A stretch of 64,000 nt of DNA, taken from NCBI GenBank assembly GCA_965223345.1, contig CBDCWG010000012.1, positions 1,024,001 to 1,088,000 on the forward strand, written 5' to 3'. The number at the start of each line of letters is the position of its first letter. The stretch's first letter is position 1. The notes beneath the pieces were generated by a model. That model saw only the letters and a program-made list of their open reading frames with translations. It was not told where the DNA came from and ran no database searches. Position numbers and translations under genes: made by a program. Of the stretch, positions 39,569 to 49,683 are shown piece after piece. This DNA comes from Nitrospinales bacterium. Lineage in GTDB: Bacteria > Nitrospinota > Nitrospinia > Nitrospinales > VA-1.

Positions 39569-39919
39569 GAGCGACGAGTCCAATGAAAAAGTGGCCGGGG
39601 GTAGCCCCCAAACCACCAAACGTTCAGATGACCCTACCCACTCAGAAAAATTTTTGGATTTTCATGGGCGCATAGGTGATCAATATGTTTGTAAAAAACA
39701 CAACTTTTATTTCTTCAAGAAGAACCCCGCAAGTCCTTATTAGGCCGCGGTTAGCGCGATTCCTTGAGGGCCATGAAGGGCGATTTATCGCTGCTACAGT
39801 AATTAACATCAATTGATAGGGATTGTAGGAGTGTTTCTCTTCGTGCGACGCGCGTTGTAGGATGTTTCGCAAGCTTAACGTGGGGATCGAGCTATGGAGA
39901 GTTGGGCGCGACGAGTGTT
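39569..39919 (+). repeat. Degenerate non-coding direct repeat, copy B
   Basis: gagcgacgagtccaatgaaaaagtggccgggggtagccc...acccactcagaaa..ttttggattt, with gcgcgacgagtgtt at 39906-39919. Confidence 0.8.
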
Positions 39920-40028
39920 TTGGGGCACAGCCTGGCCTCGTCAGGTCCGCTATGATCGCCTTAAAGATGGAATTGGTTGTCAACGAAGTGAAGGGTTTCG
40001 ACAACAATTTAAGAAGTATGTATAAACC

Positions 40029-40149
40029 CTAACAGATCGAACAGAAGAACAGAAGAATTCTATTCTTTGAAAAATACGCGATTCTTAATTCCTGTTAATA
40101 AAAATATATAGGCAATAGAAAAGTTCTGTTCTTCTGTTCGTTCTGTTAG
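40029..40149. repeat. Iteron-like inverted repeat (candidate replication origin)
   Basis: ctaacagatcgaacagaagaacagaa (40029-40054) vs ttctgttcttctgttcgttctgttag (40124-40149): 26 bp with one mismatch, around an AT-rich spacer. Confidence 0.8.
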
Positions 40150-40162
40150 CTGAAAGCTCCCC

Positions 40163-40561
40163 TTATAAGGGGGAGCTTATTACCTGAATCAATTCATGCT
40201 TAACTGGTCCCCCTCCATCACCGATTTTACTTTCCCATGCTTTAACCATGAAATCCTTCTCAGCATCTGTGGGTTCTTCCTTCCAATAAACAGTCAACTC
40301 CCCCTTATGATCGTGGAGTTTTTTTACCTTATGAAGAAAACGATGATTTTCTATATCCTCGATCGCAGCAATGTAGCCTATAACCCGACTCAGGCGGTGT
40401 AAATCTCCTCCACCTTGAGTATAAACACACAGTTCAATTTCACCGCCATAAAGTTTATAGTCATGATATTCATCGCCCCTACCTTCGGGAAAATCCATCA
40501 CCTCAATTCCATAGGTGTTGTATAAAAGATTTGCATCTATCTCTTTTTTTGCATCAAACAT
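40163..40561 (-). CDS. Hypothetical protein
   Basis: 132-aa ORF with RBS AAGGAG. Confidence 0.7.
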   Translation of the reverse strand: MFDAKKEIDANLLYNTYGIEVMDFPEGRGDEYHDYKLYGGEIELCVYTQGGGDLHRLSRVIGYIAAIEDIENHRFLHKVKKLHDHKGELTVYWKEEPTDAEKDFMVKAWESKIGDGGGPVKHELIQVISSPL

Positions 40562-40771
40562 TGTATCTACTCCTTATTTCCTACCTTAAAAAGGTATCGT
40601 TAGTTTTTATAACATTTGCTACTGCTGTTGCGATAAACGGTCATTCATCTAAAAGTATCGCTATTTGTAATCTACTCTTTAGGGTCAGCCTGTGAGCTTG
40701 TAAAAAGCGTATAACCGCTTTTCACAAGCTCATCAAGCATTACAATGCAATCTGTGAAGTAAAATTTGGCC

Positions 40772-42958
40772 TTAATAAGGGGTGTCTTTTAGGCAAATCC
40801 CCTGATAGACCCTACGATTCGTACCCCCAATTGATTTAGGCTTTGATTTGTACCCTGCCTCAGCCATCATGATTCCAAAATTTCTTTTGGGAATCTTGTC
40901 CTCTCCGTTTCTTATGGCAGTAGTTAAATACTCGCCATACAGATCATCAACCAGGACAAACATTTCAGATTTACTTTTCGCGGATTCGGATGCCGTATCG
41001 CATTTATCTTCGATAAACTGCTCGATCGCATCCATCTCCTTGCGGTACTCTGAAGTGGCCTCAATCACTGTTTTAGGTTCCTTGAGACCCTCTTTTTGCC
41101 ATTTGAGACAACCCTCTAGAGCCCAGTTCAATATGCCCGGCAGCTCTTGTTTCAGTTTTTCAGGGAGCTCTTTATCAATTCGATCCTTATCTATTTTTTG
41201 ATCAAAGCAGATCAACTTAACCCGACGCCAGATACCCAGATCCGATCCTTGGATATTAGGTTTGGTGTTCACAGCCAGGAAGATCTTAAATTGCGGCTTG
41301 TAGGTGAAGAACTCTTTAAACAAAAACCTTGCAGTTATGGAATCTCCGCCTGTAAGCTCCTTTACCAGGGATTCATTGAAGCTTTTTCCTCTCCCAACCT
41401 CAACAGCCGAAACGAATCGCGCCCCGCATAAAGAGGCGATGTCGTTGTTCGCCCCTTCGTTACTTCTGCTTAAAAAGGATCGCATTTCCGCTTTCTTTGA
41501 ATAATCACCAAATACTGCTTTTGTGGTTTCGATGAAAGTTGTCTTTCCATTCAAACCCATCCCGTAAAGGATAATAAGACATTGCTCAGACGTTTCTCCC
41601 GTTAACGAGTAGCCCACTAATTTTTGTAGATACTGTTTTAGAGAATCGTTACCACCAGTCACATCATCTAAAAACTTGAGCCAAAAAGGACATTCTGCAT
41701 CTAGTTCATAGTTAACGTGACAACTTTTTGTTATAAAGTTATCAGGGTTTGAAGGAAGCAGGTATCCTGTTCGAAGGTCAAGCGTTCCATTTCCGCAATT
41801 AAAAAGCCAGGAATCCTTGTCCAACTCTTCAGAGTCGATGGAAGCCATGTGTTGAGCCAGCTTGATCATGGCTTCCAACTTCGATTTGCTTTGGGAGTCT
41901 TTAGAGAATTTACGAATGGCTTTTATTAAACCCTTATCATCATCTTCTTTTACTTCTTCTGCAATGAAACGTGCAGTCTGTATTGCATAAGACATAATCT
42001 GACCACTTTCGTCTAGAACCCATCGGTTCCCGTTCCAGATCAGCCATTTTCCCCACTGCGGACAATATCTTAAAATGCCTCCATACCTATCCATGAGGCG
42101 TTCTGCGTTCCCCGCATCTGTTAAGCCCCGGCGAATAGGATAGCGATCAATACATCCTGCAATCCTTCGAACTTCTTTTTCATCGAGTGGAGGGGAGCAG
42201 CGTTTTTGGTTTTCCTCCAACAGAGCTGCACACAGATCACTTAATGTTAACCCAGGCACTCTTTGCCGTAATCTACCTGCAAATGACGTCAAATGGGCAT
42301 GTCTCCCACCTGGCTGTATACAGTTACTGGATCGAAGGCCTTCTGATATCCAAGCAGGCAATTCAGCTATATCAATCTTTCCAGGCTCTTCAACCCACTC
42401 GTATTGGCTACCGCTACGATGGTTCGAAGGAGGGGCAATAACGTATCCACCTTTGCCTCTTGTGTCGATACCGGGTCCCAACGCACCTCCTGTGCTCTTA
42501 AAACCTGTTTCAGGGTTTTTAAAGTAATAGTGCTGTCCACCACCCCCAGTTGAAACCGTCAAAGTCTTAGGTAGAGCCCCATTTTCCTCTTCAAGTTTTT
42601 TGAGGCTATCCCAGCCTCCCTTGTCCGGGTCGATATCAAGGATCGCCAACCCAGATACCTTGCCCGTTGCAATCCCTATGTTGGCATCGGGCCATGTAGA
42701 CCACCACTTTTCGATGATTCTCGACTCGATCGCCGAATCCTTATATGCATGACGAGTTCGGGGATGCTTTCCTGCGTTACCGCAATCTGCTTTTCCGCAG
42801 GAACACTGCCCATCGCGAATCGAGTGGCACGGAAAGACCGGCCACCCCCTCTCTGCATAACTGAGAGCCCAATCCTTGAGAGATTTTGGGGTTCCCCCCA
42901 CCTCAAGGGTATAGTTATCTGTTCTGTTTTCTTTTTCGTTTGAGTCAAATCTATTCAT
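40772..42958 (-). CDS. Phage/plasmid primase: Prim-Pol + PriCT + D5-type SF3 helicase
   Basis: GWPVFPC, GKHP, ANIGIATG, DID, TGGGGQHYYF, IDTRGKGGYVIAPPS; TDAGNAER; GMGLNGKTT; KELTGGD. Confidence 0.93.
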   Translation of the reverse strand: MNRFDSNEKENRTDNYTLEVGGTPKSLKDWALSYAERGWPVFPCHSIRDGQCSCGKADCGNAGKHPRTRHAYKDSAIESRIIEKWWSTWPDANIGIATGKVSGLAILDIDPDKGGWDSLKKLEEENGALPKTLTVSTGGGGQHYYFKNPETGFKSTGGALGPGIDTRGKGGYVIAPPSNHRSGSQYEWVEEPGKIDIAELPAWISEGLRSSNCIQPGGRHAHLTSFAGRLRQRVPGLTLSDLCAALLEENQKRCSPPLDEKEVRRIAGCIDRYPIRRGLTDAGNAERLMDRYGGILRYCPQWGKWLIWNGNRWVLDESGQIMSYAIQTARFIAEEVKEDDDKGLIKAIRKFSKDSQSKSKLEAMIKLAQHMASIDSEELDKDSWLFNCGNGTLDLRTGYLLPSNPDNFITKSCHVNYELDAECPFWLKFLDDVTGGNDSLKQYLQKLVGYSLTGETSEQCLIILYGMGLNGKTTFIETTKAVFGDYSKKAEMRSFLSRSNEGANNDIASLCGARFVSAVEVGRGKSFNESLVKELTGGDSITARFLFKEFFTYKPQFKIFLAVNTKPNIQGSDLGIWRRVKLICFDQKIDKDRIDKELPEKLKQELPGILNWALEGCLKWQKEGLKEPKTVIEATSEYRKEMDAIEQFIEDKCDTASESAKSKSEMFVLVDDLYGEYLTTAIRNGEDKIPKRNFGIMMAEAGYKSKPKSIGGTNRRVYQGICLKDTPY

Positions 42959-43006
42959 AATCTGGATGCATTCCTACTTTTCCTTTATCACTCCGAGGTT
43001 TGTTAT

Positions 43007-43243
43007 TCATTGTTGTTGATCAATCCAATTGAAAAACTTTTCTTCATCGAGCAAAACACGTCTTCCTAGACGCACGAGTGCCCCTGTGTTCTTAAGACCA
43101 TTAGAATCCGCATAGAAGATGTGATTGCGGAGTGCTGCTTCCGAAATGAACCGGTGCTTTTCGGCAAATTGCCGGACTGTCAGTAAATTGGGCATCGAAT
43201 CAATGAAAGATGATTTGTTTGCCTTTTTTGCTAGTAGAACCAT
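43007..43243 (-). CDS. Small HTH DNA-binding / excisionase-like protein
   Basis: LLTVRQFAE...VRLGRRVLLDEEKFFNWI; lies between integrase and primase. Confidence 0.75.
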   Translation of the reverse strand: MVLLAKKANKSSFIDSMPNLLTVRQFAEKHRFISEAALRNHIFYADSNGLKNTGALVRLGRRVLLDEEKFFNWIDQQQ

Positions 43244-43669
43244 TTGTGATTACCTCTATTCATTAAGTAATGAGAAAAAATGGGCAGTATCTGCCCTGCT
43301 CTAGTTGAGATGGCGCTATAAAGATTAACGGTGCAGGGAGAGGTAATTGTAATGGCGAAAAAAGGGGGAGGGGAGTCTACGCGTCTTTGAGCATGGTCAT
43401 AACTTATTTAAACATATGGGTTTGCATTGAGCTGATTGCCCGTTCGCGGTTGAAGTTTTTCCCTGTTTTGCTGCAATAGACAGCAACCAAAGCGACCAAT
43501 CTGCAGCGTTGTTGGTTTTTCCTCAAAATGGCTCAAACTAACTCACGGGGCTAGGCGTTGAGGTTGTAAATCAGTGTTCACCCGTTTAGCGTTTCATCAA
43601 ACCTTCAAGGCGCAAGTTTTTCTTTAAATTAGTGATGAAGCAAAAGTGCTGATTGAATCTAAAACCTAT

Positions 43670-44746
43670 TCATTCTTGCCCCTTATCCCCTATAAACTTC
43701 TTGTTCATCCTGGACACCACACTGGCTGTATGTTGTTCACTGAGATGACTGTATCTTTTAACCATCTGCAGCGTCTTGTGCCCTAAGATCTCAGCGATCT
43801 CTGCCAAACTGGCCCCACTCATCGCAAGATAACTCGCCGCTGAATGCCGCAAGTCATGGAAACGAAAATTCTCAATTTGTGCTTCCTTCAAAGCACGATC
43901 CCACGAAGGACGAATTTCAATTGGTTTCTTGCCGCTTGGATTGGGAAATAAGAGGTTTGTATCAATCCGTCGTGTTTGCGAAAGCTTTTTGACCTCATCC
44001 AATGCGGGGCCAGCTAAAGGAAGGGCTCGTCGCTCATCATTTTTCGTTTTATGTAAAATCGCCACCTTCCTACTGAAATCAATATCGCCCCATTCCAGAC
44101 CAAGAATCTCCGATTTCCGCGCTCCAGTGGAAAGCGCCAGGATAACCACCGGGTATAAATTCGGGTCATTGCTTTCCTTACAGGCTGCCAGTAGGCGTTC
44201 TCGCTCCCCATTATCGAGGAATCTCACTCGCCCACGTGGTTCCTTAGGCTTGGAGACTTTTGCCATTGGAGAACTCTCAAGCCAGCCCCACTCACGAACA
44301 GCAATCGTGAAAGCATGGGAAAGGGCTGCCATATAACGCACAACCGTGGCGGGAGATCGTTTTTTCTTCCTGGTTCCAGGTTCTTTCAAGAGGTGATCCC
44401 TGCACTCTACAATAAGGGCGGGAGAGATGTCGGAAAGCAATTTGTCGCCCATCTGCTCTTTCCACCATTTTAGCTGTCGGTACTGATCCCTCTGCATAAC
44501 CTCGCTTTTATGCGGAAGAACGTCTTTAAGGTATCGATCCACCATCTCGCCAACTGTGTGCCGCTTGGCTTCCGCCGTTTTAAAGTGACGTCCGTTTCTG
44601 ATATCGGATTCCAAGTCCTCTGACCAACGGCGAGCATCAGTCTTACGCGCAAAGGTAGCCGACTGGACAGGGTGTCCTTTGAGCCTTACACGGACTCTGT
44701 ATACTGTTTTGCCATCCTTGGTTTTTCGCTCTTCAAAATTTGCCAT
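43670..44746 (-). CDS. int: Tyrosine recombinase / integrase
   Basis: TGARKSE, KTK, FHDLRHSAAS and ILGHKTLQMVKRY catalytic motifs. Confidence 0.95.
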   Translation of the reverse strand: MANFEERKTKDGKTVYRVRVRLKGHPVQSATFARKTDARRWSEDLESDIRNGRHFKTAEAKRHTVGEMVDRYLKDVLPHKSEVMQRDQYRQLKWWKEQMGDKLLSDISPALIVECRDHLLKEPGTRKKKRSPATVVRYMAALSHAFTIAVREWGWLESSPMAKVSKPKEPRGRVRFLDNGERERLLAACKESNDPNLYPVVILALSTGARKSEILGLEWGDIDFSRKVAILHKTKNDERRALPLAGPALDEVKKLSQTRRIDTNLLFPNPSGKKPIEIRPSWDRALKEAQIENFRFHDLRHSAASYLAMSGASLAEIAEILGHKTLQMVKRYSHLSEQHTASVVSRMNKKFIGDKGQE

Positions 44747-44995
44747 GGTCCTCACCCTGTATAGACATTCTACCCATATAGAGCCTAAGCTAAATCCACG
44801 CCGTTGTCAACAACAGAATAACAATCCGTTTATATATGTTTAAAATGAAATGTTTACATCGTATTGGGCCAATTTTAGGCCACTTTGGATTTTATGTCAA
44901 TGGAAGCACCTCCAACTATGGCTATTTTGATCTAGGTGTTTTGTGGTCTGTTGAGATTTTTTGTCTATGATAGGCCTATTTCTGGCCTATTTCCA

Positions 44996-45029
44996 ATAAA
45001 AAAGGACCTGCGAAAATTCGCAAGTCCTT
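44996..45029 (-). terminator. Hairpin/terminator just downstream of tRNA-Arg
   Basis: aaggacctgcgaa-aa-ttcgcaagtcctt, with a T run on the minus strand. Confidence 0.65.
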
Positions 45030-45037
45030 GTTTTATA

Positions 45038-45114
<77 letters not shown>

Positions 45115-45450
45115 TTTTGGATGGGTTGTGGGGCTCTTCCTGCGGGAAGAGCGGTGCCTTAGAGGTGTTTGCCCGGGTTCCTGCCTGTTCCGTAAACGGG
45201 TTGCAGCCGGAACCGGGATGCCGCCGCACGCAGTGGCATTATAACACAGGGGTCGGTGGTGCCATTTGCGTCCTCTCAGGGACTGATTCCGGGCTCGTTA
45301 CTTCCTTCCTGCTTCAATCAATCCCTCCTCCTTTTTCCCGATTTTTTCCCCGGTCTGATTTCCCGCCTGTCCGGGTTTTTCAGTTTTTTCAGGTCAAGCT
45401 GGCCTCGAAAAGTCATTGAAAATTTGTTGGTTATTTGCTTTTGGCGCAGC

Positions 45451-45479
45451 TTGACAGGGAGGGTGTGCGATCTTATTTT
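45451..45479 (+). promoter_or_regulatory. Candidate sigma70 promoter of the Hsp20 gene
   Basis: TTGACA-17 bp-TATTTT. Confidence 0.5.
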
Positions 45480-45588
45480 TTAAGTGAGAGAGGATGGATG
45501 CGATTCCCGGGATCGGTTCGCCTCGTTGTATGCAAAGGGCGGCTCATTGTTCCAACCTTCTACACAATCATGAAAGGAGGATGCGATC

Positions 45589-46080
45589 ATGAATATCAAA
45601 GATCTGATTCCTTGGGAAAGGGACGACAAATTCTGGACAGACAACCCGTTTGCCATGATGGAACGGGATATGAACCGGGTGTTTCGCGATATGTCGAAAA
45701 ACTTCATGGACACACCGACGCGCACGGGATGGATGGGCGGAAATGGACTGACACCCAGAGTGGACGTGACGGAAACGGACGAGGCCATCGAAGTGCATGC
45801 GGAACTGCCGGGCATGGAGGAAAAGGACATCGAAGTTTCGCTGCTGGACAATGTTCTAACCCTCCAGGGTGAAAAAAAGCATGAGAAGGAAACCAAGGAG
45901 AAAAACTATCACCGGGTGGAGCGGTCTTTCGGAAAATTCCTGCGCCGGGTCGCATTGCCGGCTGAGGTGGAGTCCGACAAGGTCGACGCCCGATTCAAGA
46001 AAGGGGTTTTGACCGTTCGTCTGCCGAAAACGGAAAAAGCCAAAAAAGACGTTAAAAAGATCTCCGTGAAAGCGGAATGA
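45589..46080 (+). CDS. Hsp20 / alpha-crystallin small heat-shock protein
   Basis: PRVDVTET, AELPGM, ERSFGKFLR and GVLTVRLPK motifs. Confidence 0.95.
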   Translation: MNIKDLIPWERDDKFWTDNPFAMMERDMNRVFRDMSKNFMDTPTRTGWMGGNGLTPRVDVTETDEAIEVHAELPGMEEKDIEVSLLDNVLTLQGEKKHEKETKEKNYHRVERSFGKFLRRVALPAEVESDKVDARFKKGVLTVRLPKTEKAKKDVKKISVKAE

Positions 46081-46443
46081 CGCCTCAGGCTCACTCCCCA
46101 GCGGAGCTTGAGGTCTCAGTGAAGTGGGCGCCGGGGTTTAGCAAAACCTTACCTCCCTCGACCGGCGCTCACTTCTTGTTTTTATTCCCGCCATCGATCA
46201 TGCTTCCGACTCTTTCAATGCCAAGTGGGACCCTTTTGTCTGAAACAGACTGAAAAACCGGGGATTGTCCTGCCAATGAACAATTCCTCTACTCCACCTT
46301 TCCAATTTAATTGATTTTCTGTGTAAATCAGTCTATTCTGGATATTGTCAAATCCATAAAAAACAAAGGTTTAATCGTGTTCGGGTCTCTCCTCTTCCGT
46401 TTGCATGTGGGGAGGGTCCGGAATCCTGGAGGAGGCTGTTTTC

Positions 46444-47586
46444 ATGCAGATCGAGCAGAAAATCTGGACCCAGCAAGCGGGCTGGTCGAAAGAATCCGAT
46501 CCTGAATTACGGGATCGCGCGCAAATCGCTTTCGTGTTCGGCAGTACCCCGGTGTTAAAAAACGGGGGCCACTACGAATCCATCAAAGAAAGCTATCCAC
46601 AAGCTCTGATCATCGGTTGCTCCACGTCTGGAGAGATAGCGAGCGACACGATTCTTGACGAATCCATCGTGGTCACGGCGCTGCATTTTGAACACACGGA
46701 GTTGAAGCGTGCGGAGGTGAAAACCGGGGATTTTGCAAACAGCACGCAGGCGGGGAAGGCGCTGATCGATGCGTTGCCCAAAGAAAATCTGGTGCATGTT
46801 CTGGTTTTCTCCGACGGACTCAACGTCAACGGCAGCGATCTGGTGCGTGGTTTGCAATCGGGCATTCCGGAAGGCGTTGGCCTGACGGGAGGCCTGGCTG
46901 GTGACGGCGATCGCTTCACAGAAACCCTGGTGTGTGCCGACGCGTTTCCTGAGAAGGAAAAAATCGTGCTGGTCGGTTTTTACGGCGATCGATTGAAAGT
47001 GGGCTACGGTTCGATGAGCGGGTTTTCTCCCTTCGGTCCCGAAAGACGGGTGACCAAGGCGCGGGGCAATGTTCTGTATGAGCTGGATGGGGAATCGGCT
47101 CTGGACCTGTACAAAAAATATCTGGGAGAGGAAAAAGCCTCCAACCTGGAGGTCAATCAGTTTTACTTTCCCCTGAGCTACAAGGCCGAGGGGATGGACG
47201 AGCCGGTCATCCGCACCATTCTTTCCATCGATGAAAAAGAAAAAAGCATGACCTTTGCCGGTGACATTCTGGAAGGGGGACACGCCCGGCTCATGAAGGC
47301 CAATCATCACCGCCTCATCGATGGCGCGGGTCAGGCGGCAGAAACCTGTGTCAACGGGGATGAGGGCAAAAACCCCGAATTCGCCATTCTGATCAGCTGC
47401 GTCGGCAGGAAAATCGTGCTCAAGCAGCGGGCGGAGGAGGAGATCGATATCGTGCGCAACGTCTTCGACGATCAAACCGTCCTCACCGGGTTTTATTCCT
47501 ACGGCGAGATCGCCCATTTCCGGCCTTTCGAGCCCTGCCAGTTGCACAATCAGACCATGACCATCACTACGTTTATGGAAGACTGA
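46444..47586 (+). CDS. FIST-domain signal transduction protein
   Basis: GCSTSGEI, DGLNVNGS, GGLAGDG, SCVGR, GFYSYGEI and LHNQTM motifs. Confidence 0.92.
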   Translation: MQIEQKIWTQQAGWSKESDPELRDRAQIAFVFGSTPVLKNGGHYESIKESYPQALIIGCSTSGEIASDTILDESIVVTALHFEHTELKRAEVKTGDFANSTQAGKALIDALPKENLVHVLVFSDGLNVNGSDLVRGLQSGIPEGVGLTGGLAGDGDRFTETLVCADAFPEKEKIVLVGFYGDRLKVGYGSMSGFSPFGPERRVTKARGNVLYELDGESALDLYKKYLGEEKASNLEVNQFYFPLSYKAEGMDEPVIRTILSIDEKEKSMTFAGDILEGGHARLMKANHHRLIDGAGQAAETCVNGDEGKNPEFAILISCVGRKIVLKQRAEEEIDIVRNVFDDQTVLTGFYSYGEIAHFRPFEPCQLHNQTMTITTFMED

Positions 47587-47590
47587 TCCG

Positions 47591-49525
47591 ATGCACCATC
47601 TTCTTAAACAGCAGATCAAGAAATTCCTCGGCGATCCATCCCAGGTTCCTGCGGAACTCAAGGAATTGCTGGATGCGGTCGATGCTGCCTACACGGAGGC
47701 GGACAACGACTATGACCTGCTGGAACGGGCGATGGACCTCGCCTCCGATGAGCTCCTGGAAAAGAACACGAAACTCAAACAGGAGGTCGCCGACCGCAAG
47801 AAAGCGCAGGAAGATATACAAAAATTGATTCAAGCCAATCAAGCGATATTGAATTCTGCTGGTGAGGGAATTTACAGGGCGGATATGGAAGGAAACGCCA
47901 TCTTTGTCAATCCTGCAGCTGGAGAAATACTTGGATACAATGCTGACGAAATCATCGGTAAAAACCTGCACGATGTGATTCACCATTCGAAACCAGATGG
48001 ACAGCCATACCCCATTGAGGAATGCCCTCTTTACATCGCCTTGAAAAACGGCAGCGATCATGTGGAAATGGAGGATGTCTTCTGGCGAAAGGACGGGAGT
48101 CCTGTTCCCGTCGAACTCATCGCCAAGACAATGGTTGAAAATGGAAAAACGGTGGGTGTGGTCGTTACCTTCCAGGACATCACGCAACGCAAACGGGATG
48201 AGGAGAGAATAAAAAACATCAATGTAGAGTTGGAGAAGCGTGTTGAGGAGCGCACCGCCGACCTGATGCTCGCCAACAAGTGTCAGGAGCAGGAAATCAA
48301 GGTGCGGCTCAAGGCGGAGCATGCCTTGATCGAAGCGAAAAACGAAGCCGAAAGGGCCAACCGGGCGAAATCGCAATTTCTTTCGAGAATGAGCCACGAA
48401 CTGCGGACCCCCATGAACGCCATTCTGGGATTCGGGCAGCTCCTGGAATGCGATACCGGTGATCCCTTGAGTCCGGGGCAAAAAGAACGGGTCGATGAAA
48501 TTCTCAAAGCGGGAAAACACCTGCTCGACCTGATCAATGAAGTCCTGGATCTGGCTCGCATCGAATCGGGACGAGAGGATCTGAAGATAGAGGACGTCAA
48601 TGTTCAGAAAGTCGCCGAGGAGGCATTGAAACTCATCCAGCCCGAAGCCGCCGACAGGGGGATCAAGGTCGAAAACACCATCCCCGAGGATTTGGATGTG
48701 TGTGTGCAGGCGGATGCGACGCGATTGAAGCAGGTTCTGATCAATCTGTTGTCCAATGCGGTGAAATACAATCGGCGGCATGGCAAAGTCACATTATCTA
48801 TGGAAACGCCTTCTCATGAAAAACTGGGTATCCACGTTGTGGATACCGGCAAGGGGATTGCTCCGGAAAAAATAGAGAACTTGTTTGAACCATTCGATCG
48901 GTTGGATGCGGATGAATTCGATTCATCCGGCACCGGAATCGGCTTGACCATCACTCGACAACTTCTAGAACTCATGGACGGAACCATTACCGTACAGAGC
49001 ACTGTGGGCAAGGGGAGCTGCTTCACGGTTGAGATTCCCCTCGTTCAAGCAGGAAACGCCTGTGGCAAGATTGTAGAGGCTGTCTGCAATATGCCGGAGG
49101 GGCCCTGTGACGAGGCGCCGAACGAAATGGAGAAGAAAACATTGCTTTATATTGAAGACAATCCCGTCAATGTGACGGTTGTGGAGCAGATGCTGGCGAA
49201 ATTCACAGGAGTTGAGCTCATGTCTGCGCCGAATGCGCAAATCGGTCTGGAGTTAGCGGGTGAGCGTCTGCCGGATCTCATACTGATGGATATCGATTTG
49301 CCCGGGATGGATGGAATCACGGCGACGGAAAAATTAAAAACGCAGGGTGCAACGAAACACATCCCGGTTGTGGCGGTCAGCGCCAAGGCATTTGATCTGG
49401 ATATCGAAAAGGCCCTGTCAAAGGGATTTCATTCCTACATCACGAAACCCATCGACATGCCCCATTTCATTCAAGCTCTCAAAGAAATACTGGATTTGGG
49501 TCCAGCCTCCCCCGTACAAAAATAA
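47591..49525 (+). CDS. PAS-domain hybrid histidine kinase (HisKA-HATPase-receiver)
   Basis: MSHELRTPMNAI, NLLSNAVKY, GTGIGL and LMDIDLPGMDG motifs. Confidence 0.93.
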   Translation: MHHLLKQQIKKFLGDPSQVPAELKELLDAVDAAYTEADNDYDLLERAMDLASDELLEKNTKLKQEVADRKKAQEDIQKLIQANQAILNSAGEGIYRADMEGNAIFVNPAAGEILGYNADEIIGKNLHDVIHHSKPDGQPYPIEECPLYIALKNGSDHVEMEDVFWRKDGSPVPVELIAKTMVENGKTVGVVVTFQDITQRKRDEERIKNINVELEKRVEERTADLMLANKCQEQEIKVRLKAEHALIEAKNEAERANRAKSQFLSRMSHELRTPMNAILGFGQLLECDTGDPLSPGQKERVDEILKAGKHLLDLINEVLDLARIESGREDLKIEDVNVQKVAEEALKLIQPEAADRGIKVENTIPEDLDVCVQADATRLKQVLINLLSNAVKYNRRHGKVTLSMETPSHEKLGIHVVDTGKGIAPEKIENLFEPFDRLDADEFDSSGTGIGLTITRQLLELMDGTITVQSTVGKGSCFTVEIPLVQAGNACGKIVEAVCNMPEGPCDEAPNEMEKKTLLYIEDNPVNVTVVEQMLAKFTGVELMSAPNAQIGLELAGERLPDLILMDIDLPGMDGITATEKLKTQGATKHIPVVAVSAKAFDLDIEKALSKGFHSYITKPIDMPHFIQALKEILDLGPASPVQK

Positions 49526-49541
49526 TCCAAGCTTGTGAAAT

Positions 49542-49573
49542 AAAAAAAGGGCCTTTGATATTCAAAGGCCCTT
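49542..49573. terminator. Terminator hairpin between the kinase gene and tRNA-Pro
   Basis: aagggcctttga-tat-tcaaaggccctt, flanked by an A run. Confidence 0.7.
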
Positions 49574-49580
49574 CGTGTTC

Positions 49581-49658
<78 letters not shown>

Positions 49659-49683
49659 TATGTCTGTTTTATCGCCCCATTGT

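Larger units (their letters stand above)
1..45037. mobile_element. Genomic island / integrative element at the 3' end of tRNA-Arg(UCU); left boundary outside the window
   Basis: Integrase, HTH and primase-helicase genes lie directly downstream of the tRNA 3' end. The region is visibly AT-richer than the DNA right of the tRNA and carries IS elements and RM cargo. No second copy of the tRNA 3' end was found. Confidence 0.78.

Noticed and set aside
40029..40149. CRISPR-like repeat
   Set aside because: Inverted short iterons without unique spacers; no CRISPR array or cas gene seen in the window.
43244..43669. Possible gene between integrase and HTH gene
   Set aside because: No open frame of meaningful length; treated as intergenic or decayed.
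45420..45589. CIRCE or ROSE element upstream of Hsp20
   Set aside because: No TTAGCACTC-N9-GAGTGCTAA, and a thermometer structure cannot be supported by eye.
46555..48781. Long antisense ORFs (368 and 402 aa; likewise 55326-56576, 59858-61264, 15656-16540)
   Set aside because: Shadow frames of well-supported genes on the opposite strand, with no recognisable motifs.
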